A stretch of 39,481 nt of DNA from a virus (taxonomy: Duplodnaviria > Caudoviricetes): IMG/VR virus record IMGVR_UViG_3300032277_000023, positions 1-39,481 of that record. The stretch is one strand, 5' to 3'. The translations under genes and the position numbers were made by a program. Position 1 is the stretch's first letter. The number at the start of each line of letters is the position of its first letter. Under the pieces are notes generated by a model. The model had not been told where the DNA came from. It searched no databases and saw only the letters and a program-made list of their open reading frames with translations. This document shows positions 27,284-35,821 of this stretch, piece after piece.

Positions 27284-29631
27284 GGGGCTCCTTGTCCAGG
27301 GATGTCTTTCCGGCTCAGACCATATCGCACTTGGCCCCCGGTTGTCACGCTCCGGATTGCGTTTCCGCCGGGCATGGCCCTCAATTTCCGGATTAGTTGT
27401 TTCGGTCGGAGTTCCCGTGGTGGGGAAATCGCATTCGACGCGCACCATGTGACCAGGGAATCCATCAATTCGCGCGACGTGGGCAAACGGGCTTTGGTGC
27501 GGCCGTCCTCCGGGTCCACCGCGGCCCACGTATCCCCGAACCAGTCGCTGATGGGGTCGGCCTCAACGCGCCATTCTTCCAGGGCATCCACCGCGGAATC
27601 GGGCATCGTGTAGGCCCCCTGGGCCAGCAGCCGCCTCAGGCCCTCAAACGCCCACGCATAGATTCCCGGCAATTCGGCGCGACACCGGCCCACAAAATCG
27701 GTACGCCGGCCCGCTGGCGTGGACTCCTCATCGAACGCACGGTTGAAGCTGAGGACCAGGAATTTGCGCCAGTAGCCCTTGGTGTTGTCTCCCGATTCCC
27801 ACGGACTGTTGACTGCCCAGACGTGGGCCGCCGTGGGCCGAAACGAAAACGGGGCCTCGCGAATCGGCCGAGCCTCGATCTTGTCGCCTGAGATGATCGC
27901 TTTGATGACCTCGGGACTCATGGCCCTATTGGTCGGGGCCTCGGCACACAGATTCACCGCGGCCGACGCTAAAGCGGCCTTGGCGTAATTGCCACCGGAC
28001 CCACCCCACGACTGGGGCGTCTGGCTAACGGTGGCGCCGTCGGGGAAAAGGAGCTCCAGGATCTTGATCACGGTCGATTTGCCGTTGGAGCCCGAGCCAC
28101 TTAGGACCAGGGCCCGGTCATATTCGGTCGCTACGCCACCAATGGCCGCCCCTAGAAATTCTTGGAAAGCCTTAATCTTTTCAGCCTTGTCACGGTCATC
28201 CCGGAAAACCGCACCCATCACGTCGAGCCAGGCCGGACACGTAGCCTCCGGGTCCCAGTCGACAGGGACGGTGAATGTCGCTTTGTTTCGCGGTGAATGT
28301 GGCCGGAGCTCCAGGCTCGATTCCGCCGACTCCAGGCTAACGAACCCGTTGCCGAACGCAACGCCGGGCGTCCGCACGTTGAAAAACGATTCGTCGAACA
28401 GGCTCCATTCGACCGCCTTGGCCACGTCGGACGTCTGGCGCGTCGAGCGTCGGAAAACCCGGCGTTTCTGGCCCGTGCCGATGATGCCGCCGTCGAGGGC
28501 CTCCAACGTGTCCCAGACATCGGAGCGGGGACGCGGTGACCAGGTGCCCCGGCCCTCGACATAGGACCAAAACGCGCCGCGCGTATGGACGCAGTGGTCT
28601 TTGGATCCCCAGCGGTCCACGACCCAGTCAACCAATTGGCTGTCGCTATCGTCGTCGAGGGTGATAGGCTGGGCCTCGAGGTCACCAAGGTCCGCGTAGG
28701 ATTCCGGAATCCCGTGGCGTTGAAGCTGTAGCCGGGTTAGTTTCTCGGCCAGCGACTCGCGACGCCGGGCCACCTCGAACGGGTGGGGGTCCATCGCGGC
28801 GTGCGACTGGTCAAAAAGTGCCGCCGTGGTGTCAGGGTCCAGGCCAGGATGCTCCTCAACGATGGCCGTGGCAATTTTCAGGCGCCACAGGTCCCGCTCC
28901 CCTGGGTCCGAATATGGACGCCCGACTAGCGCATCCCCCATGCGCCGGCCGATTTCCGCGGCTACCATGTTGGTACGTTTCCGGGCCAGGCGGTCCGCGA
29001 TGTCGCGCAGCGTTAGTTCGTCGGCCTGTTGCGTCTGGATACCGTAAACGTCGGCCGGTTTGGCGTGTCTCCACATTTCGGACACGTCGAGGGGATTACC
29101 CGGTTCGACGTGGAACGTGTGGACGACATCCGATCCCGAGGCCCACCCCGGCAAAAAATAGATCCTGTCCGCATTTTTGCACGCTGGATCGTTGGCCCCC
29201 CCGGATGCCCGATTTAGCGCGGTCCACGTCGAGGGCCACGATTTGGCGTCGACGGGGGTTGCCAGGGGGCTAACGACTCGCCAACATCCCCGGCCCCCCT
29301 TGGCCTCGGTCATATGGGACGCGGTTGTGTGGACCAGATACGCGGCTCCCTGGGCCTTGAGCCACCCCGTAACACCGAACAGGGTCTCAGGAGTTTCGGC
29401 GTCCAGGTCCCATACCGCACAGGTCACGTTCGCGATATTCGCTTTTGTGTGGCGGGTTTCCGGTGGCCGCGATGCCGGGCTAAACGCTTCGTGACTCAGT
29501 TTGATGAAGTGGTCACGCTCGCGATGGGATGCGCGGAAACGCGCGACGAGGGCCGACCACGTGGTGGACTCGGTTGGACTCGTCTTGTCGGTGGCACCGT
29601 TCAGGTATGTGATTTCAAGGGCTTGCGTCAT
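27280..29631 (-). CDS. Primase-helicase (prim-pol N-terminus, P4/D5-like SF3 helicase C-terminus)
   Basis: VWDLD, HTTASH, WRVVSPL, DPACKNADRIYFLP; VAFGNG, Walker A GSGSNGKST, KAIISGDKIEAR, WAVN. Confidence 0.9.
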   Translation of the reverse strand: MTQALEITYLNGATDKTSPTESTTWSALVARFRASHRERDHFIKLSHEAFSPASRPPETRHTKANIANVTCAVWDLDAETPETLFGVTGWLKAQGAAYLVHTTASHMTEAKGGRGCWRVVSPLATPVDAKSWPSTWTALNRASGGANDPACKNADRIYFLPGWASGSDVVHTFHVEPGNPLDVSEMWRHAKPADVYGIQTQQADELTLRDIADRLARKRTNMVAAEIGRRMGDALVGRPYSDPGERDLWRLKIATAIVEEHPGLDPDTTAALFDQSHAAMDPHPFEVARRRESLAEKLTRLQLQRHGIPESYADLGDLEAQPITLDDDSDSQLVDWVVDRWGSKDHCVHTRGAFWSYVEGRGTWSPRPRSDVWDTLEALDGGIIGTGQKRRVFRRSTRQTSDVAKAVEWSLFDESFFNVRTPGVAFGNGFVSLESAESSLELRPHSPRNKATFTVPVDWDPEATCPAWLDVMGAVFRDDRDKAEKIKAFQEFLGAAIGGVATEYDRALVLSGSGSNGKSTVIKILELLFPDGATVSQTPQSWGGSGGNYAKAALASAAVNLCAEAPTNRAMSPEVIKAIISGDKIEARPIREAPFSFRPTAAHVWAVNSPWESGDNTKGYWRKFLVLSFNRAFDEESTPAGRRTDFVGRCRAELPGIYAWAFEGLRRLLAQGAYTMPDSAVDALEEWRVEADPISDWFGDTWAAVDPEDGRTKARLPTSRELMDSLVTWCASNAISPPRELRPKQLIRKLRAMPGGNAIRSVTTGGQVRYGLSRKDIPGQGAP

Positions 29632-29664
29632 ATTGGCCGCGTCCTGGGTTCGGGTCTAGCCTCG

Positions 29665-29693
29665 GTTCTACGCCGATTTCGGGCGGGCGTCAA
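29665..29693 (-). promoter_or_regulatory. Putative leftward promoter for replication block
   Basis: TTGACG-N17-TAGAAC (imperfect -10) just upstream of primase. Confidence 0.4.
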
Positions 29694-29854
29694 GAGCCGA
29701 GCGGGAGTTTCGAGAGTTAGTTTCGGGCCCCCGCCAAACACTATAAGAGAATATAACATGTTTCAAATCCCTATAGCGCTTTAAGAGGACCCCCGAATCT
29801 ACCACCGTAAGTCACGCAACGTGACGCGCGACACACGAAAAACCGAACCGCGGC

Positions 29855-29884
29855 TTGACACGCAAAACACAGCCCCCTACAAAT
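29855..29884 (+). promoter_or_regulatory. Putative rightward early promoter
   Basis: TTGACA-N17-TACAAAT; near-duplicate at 35744-35773; ATG follows 6 nt after the hexamer. Confidence 0.65.
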
Positions 29885-29889
29885 GGAGC

Positions 29890-30123
29890 ATGATAGAGCT
29901 ATTTATTCCAGGAACCCGAAACGACGGCTCCGGCGAAGGCTCCGGCGAAGGCTGGGGCTCCGGCGACGGCTCCGGCGACAGCTACGGCTCCGGCTGGGGC
30001 TACGGCTCCGGCTGGGGCTACGGCTCCGGCTCCGGCTGGGGCTACGGCTCCGGCTCCGGCTGGGGCTACGGCTCCGGCTGGGGCTACGGCCGCGGCTCCG
30101 GCTCCGGCTTCGGCTCCGACTAA
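29890..30123 (+). CDS. MIELF-(Gly-X)n peptide, copy 1 (77 aa)
   Basis: MIELFIPGTRNDG then GS/GW/GY dipeptide repeats. Confidence 0.75.
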   Translation: MIELFIPGTRNDGSGEGSGEGWGSGDGSGDSYGSGWGYGSGWGYGSGSGWGYGSGSGWGYGSGWGYGRGSGSGFGSD

Positions 30124-30154
30124 CTAACTAACCCACACCCAGGAACGACCCACC

Positions 30155-30217
30155 ATGAACCTCTTCGACGATCCCGAATCCCCCGTGGACGCCTTGGACC
30201 AGGACCCCGAGGAATGA
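30155..30217 (+). pseudogene. 20 aa internally deleted paralog of 30510-30914
   Basis: MNLFDDPESPVDALDQDPEE matches the N-terminus (NLFDDPE) and C-terminus (VDALEQDPEG) of the 134 aa gene. Confidence 0.7.
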
Positions 30218-30513
30218 TAGAGCTATTTATGCCAGGCACCGAAAACGATGGCTCCGGAGACGGCTTCGGCTCGGGCCGCGGCTACGGTAAAGGCTCGGGC
30301 CGTGGCTCCGGTAGAGGCTCCGGCTCCGGCTCCGGCTGGGGTTACGGCTCCGGCTCAGGCTGGGGTTACGGCTTCGGATTCGGCTCCAGCTCCGGCTACG
30401 GTAAAGTCTCCGGAGACGGCTCCGGTAGAGGCTCCGGTAGAGGCTCCGGTAGAGGCTCCGGCTCCGGTAAAGGCTTCGGCTCCGGCCAACTCAACCCAGG
30501 ATACCAACCATGA
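30214..30513 (+). CDS. MIELF-(Gly-X)n peptide, copy 2 (99 aa)
   Basis: MIELFMPGTENDG then GS/GR/GK/GW/GY/GF repeats; ATGA overlaps at both ends. Confidence 0.75.
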   Translation: MIELFMPGTENDGSGDGFGSGRGYGKGSGRGSGRGSGSGSGWGYGSGSGWGYGFGFGSSSGYGKVSGDGSGRGSGRGSGRGSGSGKGFGSGQLNPGYQP

Positions 30514-30914
30514 AAAACCTCTTCGACGACCCAGAACAACCCGACCCCTTCGCCGACGCCCTAGACGCGGCCAACGAGGCCCAGGTAACGGCCGAAAAAG
30601 CCTCCGAGCGCATGGCCCAGCTGGTGGACCGTATCCGGGAACTCGAATCCGGCCACGACGCTTTGCTGTCCCAGATGCGGGACATCCGCCAGACGACCGC
30701 GGACATCATGCGCCGCTTCGACCAGTACACCGACCGTGTGGACCTGTTGTCTGGGCTGGATCCCGACTGTAATACAGCAAACCCGTGCACGGGATGTCCC
30801 GATTGCGGTGTAACGCGGCACAGCGTACCCCCTCCAGCCAGCGCCATGCGGGCGTCACGTGAAAGGGCTCATGCCGCGGCCGTGGACGCCTTGGAACAGG
30901 ACCCCGAGGGATGA
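30510..30914 (+). CDS. Coiled-coil protein with Cys cluster
   Basis: 134 aa; heptad region then C....PCTGCPDC. Confidence 0.7.
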   Translation: MKNLFDDPEQPDPFADALDAANEAQVTAEKASERMAQLVDRIRELESGHDALLSQMRDIRQTTADIMRRFDQYTDRVDLLSGLDPDCNTANPCTGCPDCGVTRHSVPPPASAMRASRERAHAAAVDALEQDPEG

Positions 30915-31111
30915 TAGAGCTATTTATTCCAGGAAACCGAAACGAGGGCTCCGGCTCCGGCTACGGATACGGATGGGGCTGCGACTCCGGCGACGGCCGC
31001 GGCTGCGGCGACGGCTGGGGCTGGGGCAACGGATCCGGCTGGGGCTCCGGCAACAGCTCCGGCAGCGGATCCGGCTACGGCTACGGCTCCGGCTTCGGGG
31101 ATATCGAATGA
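30911..31111 (+). CDS. MIELF-(Gly-X)n peptide, copy 3 (66 aa)
   Basis: MIELFIPGNRNEG then Gly-X repeats including two Cys; ATGA overlaps at both ends. Confidence 0.75.
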   Translation: MIELFIPGNRNEGSGSGYGYGWGCDSGDGRGCGDGWGWGNGSGWGSGNSSGSGSGYGYGSGFGDIE

Positions 31112-31437
31112 ATGCCAATCCACCGTGGCGTTGGACGTGCAACGGCGACGCCTTCGAACTGATCGCGACACGTGACCTGAAATCGGCCTGTCCCGGAGCC
31201 GTCGTAATCCGCGTAACCGGCCGCAATGGCGCCTATTTGGTGCGGGGCTCCGGTCTGTTCGTGACGCTCCGCATCGGGGCGCCCTGCCCCGTGCGTCGAA
31301 GCCGCAACCCGAACCGTCCCCACTATCCCCGCGAACCCAAACGCATCAAATCATTCCAGGACCTACTAAAATCGGCCGAGGCCATCGCCCGGCATCACGG
31401 CCTACACCGACCACCCGAAACGAGGATAAACCGATGA
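31108..31437 (+). CDS. Hypothetical protein (109 aa)
   Basis: ATG at 31108 overlapping copy 3 stop. Confidence 0.55.
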   Translation: MNANPPWRWTCNGDAFELIATRDLKSACPGAVVIRVTGRNGAYLVRGSGLFVTLRIGAPCPVRRSRNPNRPHYPREPKRIKSFQDLLKSAEAIARHHGLHRPPETRINR

Positions 31438-31730
31438 AACCCGTACAAGGCCCCAGCCACCTAGACATCCACCAACGTGCTAGGCTAGAACACCTGGAAC
31501 AGGAACATAGGGGAGCGAGAATCGTGATCTGGTATCTGTTGGTCGCATCCGTGGCCGCCGTAGTGACCATTGCATACCAACGGGACCAGATCGACACCAT
31601 GCGCGCGGTCCACGGGTCCGAGTGTTCCGACGTCATCCGTCGAGCGATGGTGTTCGATTGGGGTCCACGGAATACGTGGCGTATGACCGCGTGTGGGTTC
31701 CGCGTTACCATGGCCGTGGCCGACCGATGA
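31434..31730 (+). CDS. Single-TM hypothetical protein
   Basis: GAGGA RBS; TM IVIWYLLVASVAAVVTIAY; 98 aa. Confidence 0.6.
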   Translation: MKPVQGPSHLDIHQRARLEHLEQEHRGARIVIWYLLVASVAAVVTIAYQRDQIDTMRAVHGSECSDVIRRAMVFDWGPRNTWRMTACGFRVTMAVADR

Positions 31731-31975
31731 TAGAGCTATTTATTCAAGGGAACCACAATAACGGCCGCGGCTCCGGATGGGGCTCCGGCTCCGGCTCCGG
31801 CGACGGCTCCGGCTGGGGCTCCGGTGAAGGCTACGGCAACGGCTACGGCTGGGGCTCCGGCGACGGCTGGTGCTCCGGCTCCGGCACCGGCTCCGGCAAC
31901 GGCTCCGGCCGCGGCAACGGCTCCGGCCGCGGCAACGGCTCCGGCTACGGCAACGGCTCCGGCTTTCGACGCTAA
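31727..31975 (+). CDS. MIELF-(Gly-X)n peptide, copy 4 (82 aa)
   Basis: MIELFIQGNHNNG then GS/GN/GW/GR/GY repeats; ATGA overlap upstream. Confidence 0.75.
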   Translation: MIELFIQGNHNNGRGSGWGSGSGSGDGSGWGSGEGYGNGYGWGSGDGWCSGSGTGSGNGSGRGNGSGRGNGSGYGNGSGFRR

Positions 31976-31983
31976 CAGAATCG

Positions 31984-31992
31984 TGATACAAT
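31984..31992 (+). promoter_or_regulatory. Possible extended -10 promoter
   Basis: TGATACAAT in the short gap before the phosphoesterase; no good -35. Confidence 0.35.
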
Positions 31993-32020
31993 GGGCCCCT
32001 GAGCCCTAGCCGGAGAAACC

Positions 32021-32809
32021 GTGGCCCCAACCGTAACCCTCGACGTGATTTCAGATATCCATTTCGGAGCCGGGTCCGAATCCCATGCTGCTACCGAATC
32101 CTATGCCCAGTTCGCCGCGGTCCACCCACCAGACATCCGCGTGTGGCTTGGGGACATCGCCGAAATGGAATCGTGTTCGGCCCATGGTGGGGCCCGCGAA
32201 CCGCCCACCCTTGCCGACGACATCACGGCCACCGTGGACGGGATCGACCGTATTCAGGACTGGGCCCCCGTTGAACGCGAAATATGGGTCCCTGGCAACC
32301 ACGAAGACCGATATGCCCGACGACTAACCCAGGACGTTGGCAACCTGGCCAACGGACTCCCTACCCTCGAGGATCTGCTGGAGCTTGGCCGCCGCGGATT
32401 CCAGATGCCAGGCGACTCGTGGTCGTTTCGTGGCGTCCTGTTCACGCATGGATTCGTCCGATCCCAGCACCACGGGGCCCGCATGCTGCAATTGTTTCCG
32501 GATTCCGCGGCCGTAGTGTATGGACATCATCACCGGGCTGGCGTGACATGGCGCAAGCGAGCGAATTACGGCGGCCCCACCCCTCTGACTCCGGACGCCC
32601 AGTCCAAAGGGAGCCGGATGGCCATCGCGAACCCATGTCTAAGGGACCTGGACCCGACGTGGATCCGCGGCCCATCGGGCTGGGTTAACGGGTTCACCCG
32701 GCTCGTTTTTCATGAAGCCGGATTCAACCACCAAACCCATCTAATGCACGGCGAACGTTGCGCGTTCTATGCCGAGGGCCAGTTGTGGGACCGGGAGTCG
32801 TTACTATGA
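32021..32809 (+). CDS. Calcineurin-like metallophosphoesterase
   Basis: SDIH, LGD, GNHE, THG, GHHH motifs in canonical order; GGAG RBS. Confidence 0.9.
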   Translation: MAPTVTLDVISDIHFGAGSESHAATESYAQFAAVHPPDIRVWLGDIAEMESCSAHGGAREPPTLADDITATVDGIDRIQDWAPVEREIWVPGNHEDRYARRLTQDVGNLANGLPTLEDLLELGRRGFQMPGDSWSFRGVLFTHGFVRSQHHGARMLQLFPDSAAVVYGHHHRAGVTWRKRANYGGPTPLTPDAQSKGSRMAIANPCLRDLDPTWIRGPSGWVNGFTRLVFHEAGFNHQTHLMHGERCAFYAEGQLWDRESLL

Positions 32810-33018
32810 TAGAGCTATTTATTCCAGGGTCCACTAACGACGGAGACGGAGACGGCGACGGAGGGGGCAACGGCTACGGCTACGGCTCCGGCAACGGCTG
32901 GGGCAACGGCTACGGCTACGGCTACGGCGACGGCTACGGCGACGGCTACGGCTACGGCTACGGCGATGGCGACGGCTACGGCTCCGGCTCCGGCTGGGGC
33001 TCCGGTGCACCATGCTAG
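32806..33018 (+). CDS. MIELF-(Gly-X)n peptide, copy 5 (70 aa)
   Basis: MIELFIPGSTNDG then GD/GY/GN repeats; ATGA overlap upstream. Confidence 0.75.
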   Translation: MIELFIPGSTNDGDGDGDGGGNGYGYGSGNGWGNGYGYGYGDGYGDGYGYGYGDGDGYGSGSGWGSGAPC

Positions 33019-33257
33019 AGGACATCCGGGAATACCTGCCGTTGATCCTGGTGGAATTGTTCATGGCCATAGCGTGGCGCCTGATCGTCGTCGAGGGGCG
33101 TTGGTTCGGGCGCACCATGCCGGACGAGGAGCCCGACGCGGACGCGGACGCGGATGAATGGATCGCAAACCCCGACGCCGTTGTCGAGCTACAAGACGAC
33201 GTGGCCCAATTAACGCAGCGCGTCATGGAACTAGAACTAGCGCAGGAGACCGAATGA
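33012..33257 (+). CDS. Small membrane protein with acidic coiled coil
   Basis: N-terminal hydrophobic segment, acidic linker, LQDDVAQLTQRVMELE. Confidence 0.6.
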   Translation: MLEDIREYLPLILVELFMAIAWRLIVVEGRWFGRTMPDEEPDADADADEWIANPDAVVELQDDVAQLTQRVMELELAQETE

Positions 33258-34348
33258 GACCTAATCCCCATGTACAACGGGCCCTGAGTGCCCTATCCCA
33301 ATCCCACGGTGTCGACGGCCGCGCGGCCAGTGGCAGAACCCTAAGCACGCTGCAACGTGCCATGATAGCCGTAGCCGGAACCATCGTGACCAGCGGGTGT
33401 TATGTGCCGGACCAGTCGACGCTTGCCATTATCCCCGAGCGTTACGGATTCATCGGCGAAGAGCACTATATGCAGGTTAGCTCCCACGTAACTGATGGGG
33501 TCGAGGTGGACCTACACACCGACATCCAGACCAGCGCGACCGACGACGGTGACTGGGTCGGCGTGACCATGGACTCAACAACGCCCCGCGTCTATGTGGT
33601 GGCCGAGTCCTACGCCAGGGAAGGCGAAGACCGCCAAGCCTGGCACGCGGGCCTCTTCACCGGGGTCCAAAAAGCCACCGTGGACGGCGGCGCCACCGTC
33701 GTGAACATGGGAGACAGCATCACGGCCAACGGCTCCATCACCGCCCGAATCCAAAGCCATCTAGCAGAGCTCGGCGTCACGGTCCACAACCACGCCGTTA
33801 GCGGCAAAACGTGGCAATGGTATGCGGCCGATGTGGAGGGAATCGCCGAAACGGACGCGGCCATTGCCCGAGCCCCCGACGTAGTGACCTGGATGCTAGG
33901 CACCAACGGCCTATTCACCGCCTACCCGAGCGCATCCGGGCTGACCGGCTACCCAGCATACGTTGCAGCCGAAATCGACGCAGCCGAGCGCCTTTTTGCC
34001 CGGTTCCCCGCGACCACCGTGCACCTGGTTGCGCCACCACCTCCGGGAAACGACGTAGAATCAACCTACCTGGTGTATGAGCCATATGACGAGCCCCACC
34101 ACCCGAACGCCGGCATCAGCACCCGACAACGCTGGTTGTTTCGGACGCACGACGTTATGACCGAGTATAAGGCAGCCTGGGCCGACCGGGACGACGTTGT
34201 CTTGGTTCCAGCTCGGTCATCGATCCACCGGACCGACGGATACGGCGGGGACACCGTGCACCCTGGAGTCATCGGGCTAAATCAGTTAGGCGACGCCTTC
34301 GCGCCTGCTATTCTGTGGGCTATCCAGCGACAACGGGGGACACCGTGA
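33254..34348 (+). CDS. SGNH/GDSL hydrolase, possibly a lipoprotein
   Basis: GDSIT, AVSG, LGTN, DTVHP blocks; hydrophobic stretch ending TSGC near the N-terminus; ATG at 33254. Confidence 0.85.
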   Translation: MRPNPHVQRALSALSQSHGVDGRAASGRTLSTLQRAMIAVAGTIVTSGCYVPDQSTLAIIPERYGFIGEEHYMQVSSHVTDGVEVDLHTDIQTSATDDGDWVGVTMDSTTPRVYVVAESYAREGEDRQAWHAGLFTGVQKATVDGGATVVNMGDSITANGSITARIQSHLAELGVTVHNHAVSGKTWQWYAADVEGIAETDAAIARAPDVVTWMLGTNGLFTAYPSASGLTGYPAYVAAEIDAAERLFARFPATTVHLVAPPPPGNDVESTYLVYEPYDEPHHPNAGISTRQRWLFRTHDVMTEYKAAWADRDDVVLVPARSSIHRTDGYGGDTVHPGVIGLNQLGDAFAPAILWAIQRQRGTP

Positions 34349-34797
34349 ACCGACGAATCAAACGAGCCATCCAACGCGCAGCCTTTGTTGCCGACGTCTT
34401 GACCAACCGGGCCCTAAAATGGTCCATCCAAACCCTGTTGCCCACGCTAACGGCCACGGCCTTTGGCGTCCTGGCCTACGGGGCACTCATCGCGGCCATC
34501 GTGGTGCTGAGCTCGTGTGCCGCGCCTCAGGAGCCCGACCCCACCGAGCCGGACCCGGCGTGCTCCCAAGTCATTGCGGCGGCGTGCACCAACGCGGCCC
34601 AGTGCGTCCCGGTCGATGATGCTGGGGCCGAGTATGCTCGGTGTGTCGCGTTTTTTGGGTCCATTTTCGCGCCCAACCCGTTGTGCGTCGGGGTTCGGGT
34701 GACGGGAAACGTGGATCCGTGCGCCGAATCGCTGGCATCGTGTGCGCCGGAAATCGTGATTCGTGCGCAGTGTGATAAGGTCGAGTGGGGCCCTTGA
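34345..34797 (+). CDS. Cys-rich putative lipoprotein
   Basis: GTG at 34345; hydrophobic segment ending LSSC lipobox; eight further Cys. Confidence 0.7.
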   Translation: MNRRIKRAIQRAAFVADVLTNRALKWSIQTLLPTLTATAFGVLAYGALIAAIVVLSSCAAPQEPDPTEPDPACSQVIAAACTNAAQCVPVDDAGAEYARCVAFFGSIFAPNPLCVGVRVTGNVDPCAESLASCAPEIVIRAQCDKVEWGP

Positions 34798-34822
34798 CAC
34801 CTCCCACCCCGTCCAATAGGCT
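34794..34822 (+). promoter_or_regulatory. sigma70-type promoter with leaderless geometry
   Basis: TTGACA-N17-TAGGCT-N6-ATG; no SD before ATG 34829. Confidence 0.7.
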
Positions 34823-34828
34823 CGCCTC

Positions 34829-35713
34829 ATGAAAAAAGAAACCCGAAAACTCCCTACCTTCGCAACCCACGCCGGATTCACACGGGAACTCATCGTCCCG
34901 AAGCTTCGGGTCCTCAACCTTAGCGGCGGACGCCAATCGACCACCATTGCCGAAATGATAATTCACGGGGACCTACCCCCAGTAGACCTGTGTTTGACCG
35001 CGGATACCGGCATGGAGCACGAAGCCACCTATGCCCATATCAAGGACCTACACAAGCGCCTAAACCAAGCCGGAATCAAGGCCGCGGTAGCACCGGGACC
35101 TAACCTATGGGATGATCTGGTGACGCTGGGGCCGCGCAAAGCGACTCGCCTAGACAATCCGCCCTATTGGGTACAGAAGGAGAACGGGGGCCGCGGCCGT
35201 CTGGTCCAGAAGTGTACCAAACACTACAAAATAGCCCCCATGGACCGGTATATCCGGCAGGAATTGCTCCGAACCCATGGAATCAACCCGGAGGCCCGGC
35301 GCATCGGGCACAACATCGTGGAGAAGTGGATCGGGTTTAGTGCAGACGAGACCAGCCGGATGAAGCTTCCGGGGCAAAAATACGTATACTTCGGGTTCCC
35401 GCTCGTGGATCTGGGATTCAACAAGGACGACTGCATATCCTATCTGGAGTACAGGGGCCGTCCGGTGCCCCCTCCCTCCGTGTGTGTGGCGTGTTTCAGC
35501 AACCCGGCCGCATCCTATAAGACCATGGGACCCACCGATTTCGAGCGGGCCCGCGCCGTAGACGAGAGCCTAAGTCAATGGGCACAAATCGGAATCAAGG
35601 GAGATGTGTACGTCTCAAAAACGCTTCGCCGACTAAGCGACATCCGGGCCGACGAAGAAACCGAACCGGACACCGACGAAGGATCGTGCGATGGCGGATA
35701 CTGCTTCGTGTGA
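34829..35713 (+). CDS. PAPS-reductase-like (PP-loop adenine nucleotide alpha-hydrolase) protein
   Basis: LSGGRQS PP-loop, ADTGME, CT..YKI.P, WIGFSADE..R, FPL, SVCVAC, C-terminal CDGGYCFV. Confidence 0.85.
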   Translation: MKKETRKLPTFATHAGFTRELIVPKLRVLNLSGGRQSTTIAEMIIHGDLPPVDLCLTADTGMEHEATYAHIKDLHKRLNQAGIKAAVAPGPNLWDDLVTLGPRKATRLDNPPYWVQKENGGRGRLVQKCTKHYKIAPMDRYIRQELLRTHGINPEARRIGHNIVEKWIGFSADETSRMKLPGQKYVYFGFPLVDLGFNKDDCISYLEYRGRPVPPPSVCVACFSNPAASYKTMGPTDFERARAVDESLSQWAQIGIKGDVYVSKTLRRLSDIRADEETEPDTDEGSCDGGYCFV

Positions 35714-35743
35714 CCAGAATCACAGGAATCCGCACCCAAGGGG

Positions 35744-35773
35744 TTGACACCCGAAAACCGAGCCCCTACAAAT
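35744..35773 (+). promoter_or_regulatory. Putative early promoter (duplicate of 29855-29884)
   Basis: TTGACAC..AAAAC..AGCCCC-TACAAAT with 17-nt spacer. Confidence 0.65.
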
Positions 35774-35821
35774 AGTCCAGGGCCACCAACGGCCCAGAAA
35801 CCGAACCAAGGAAACCCGAAC

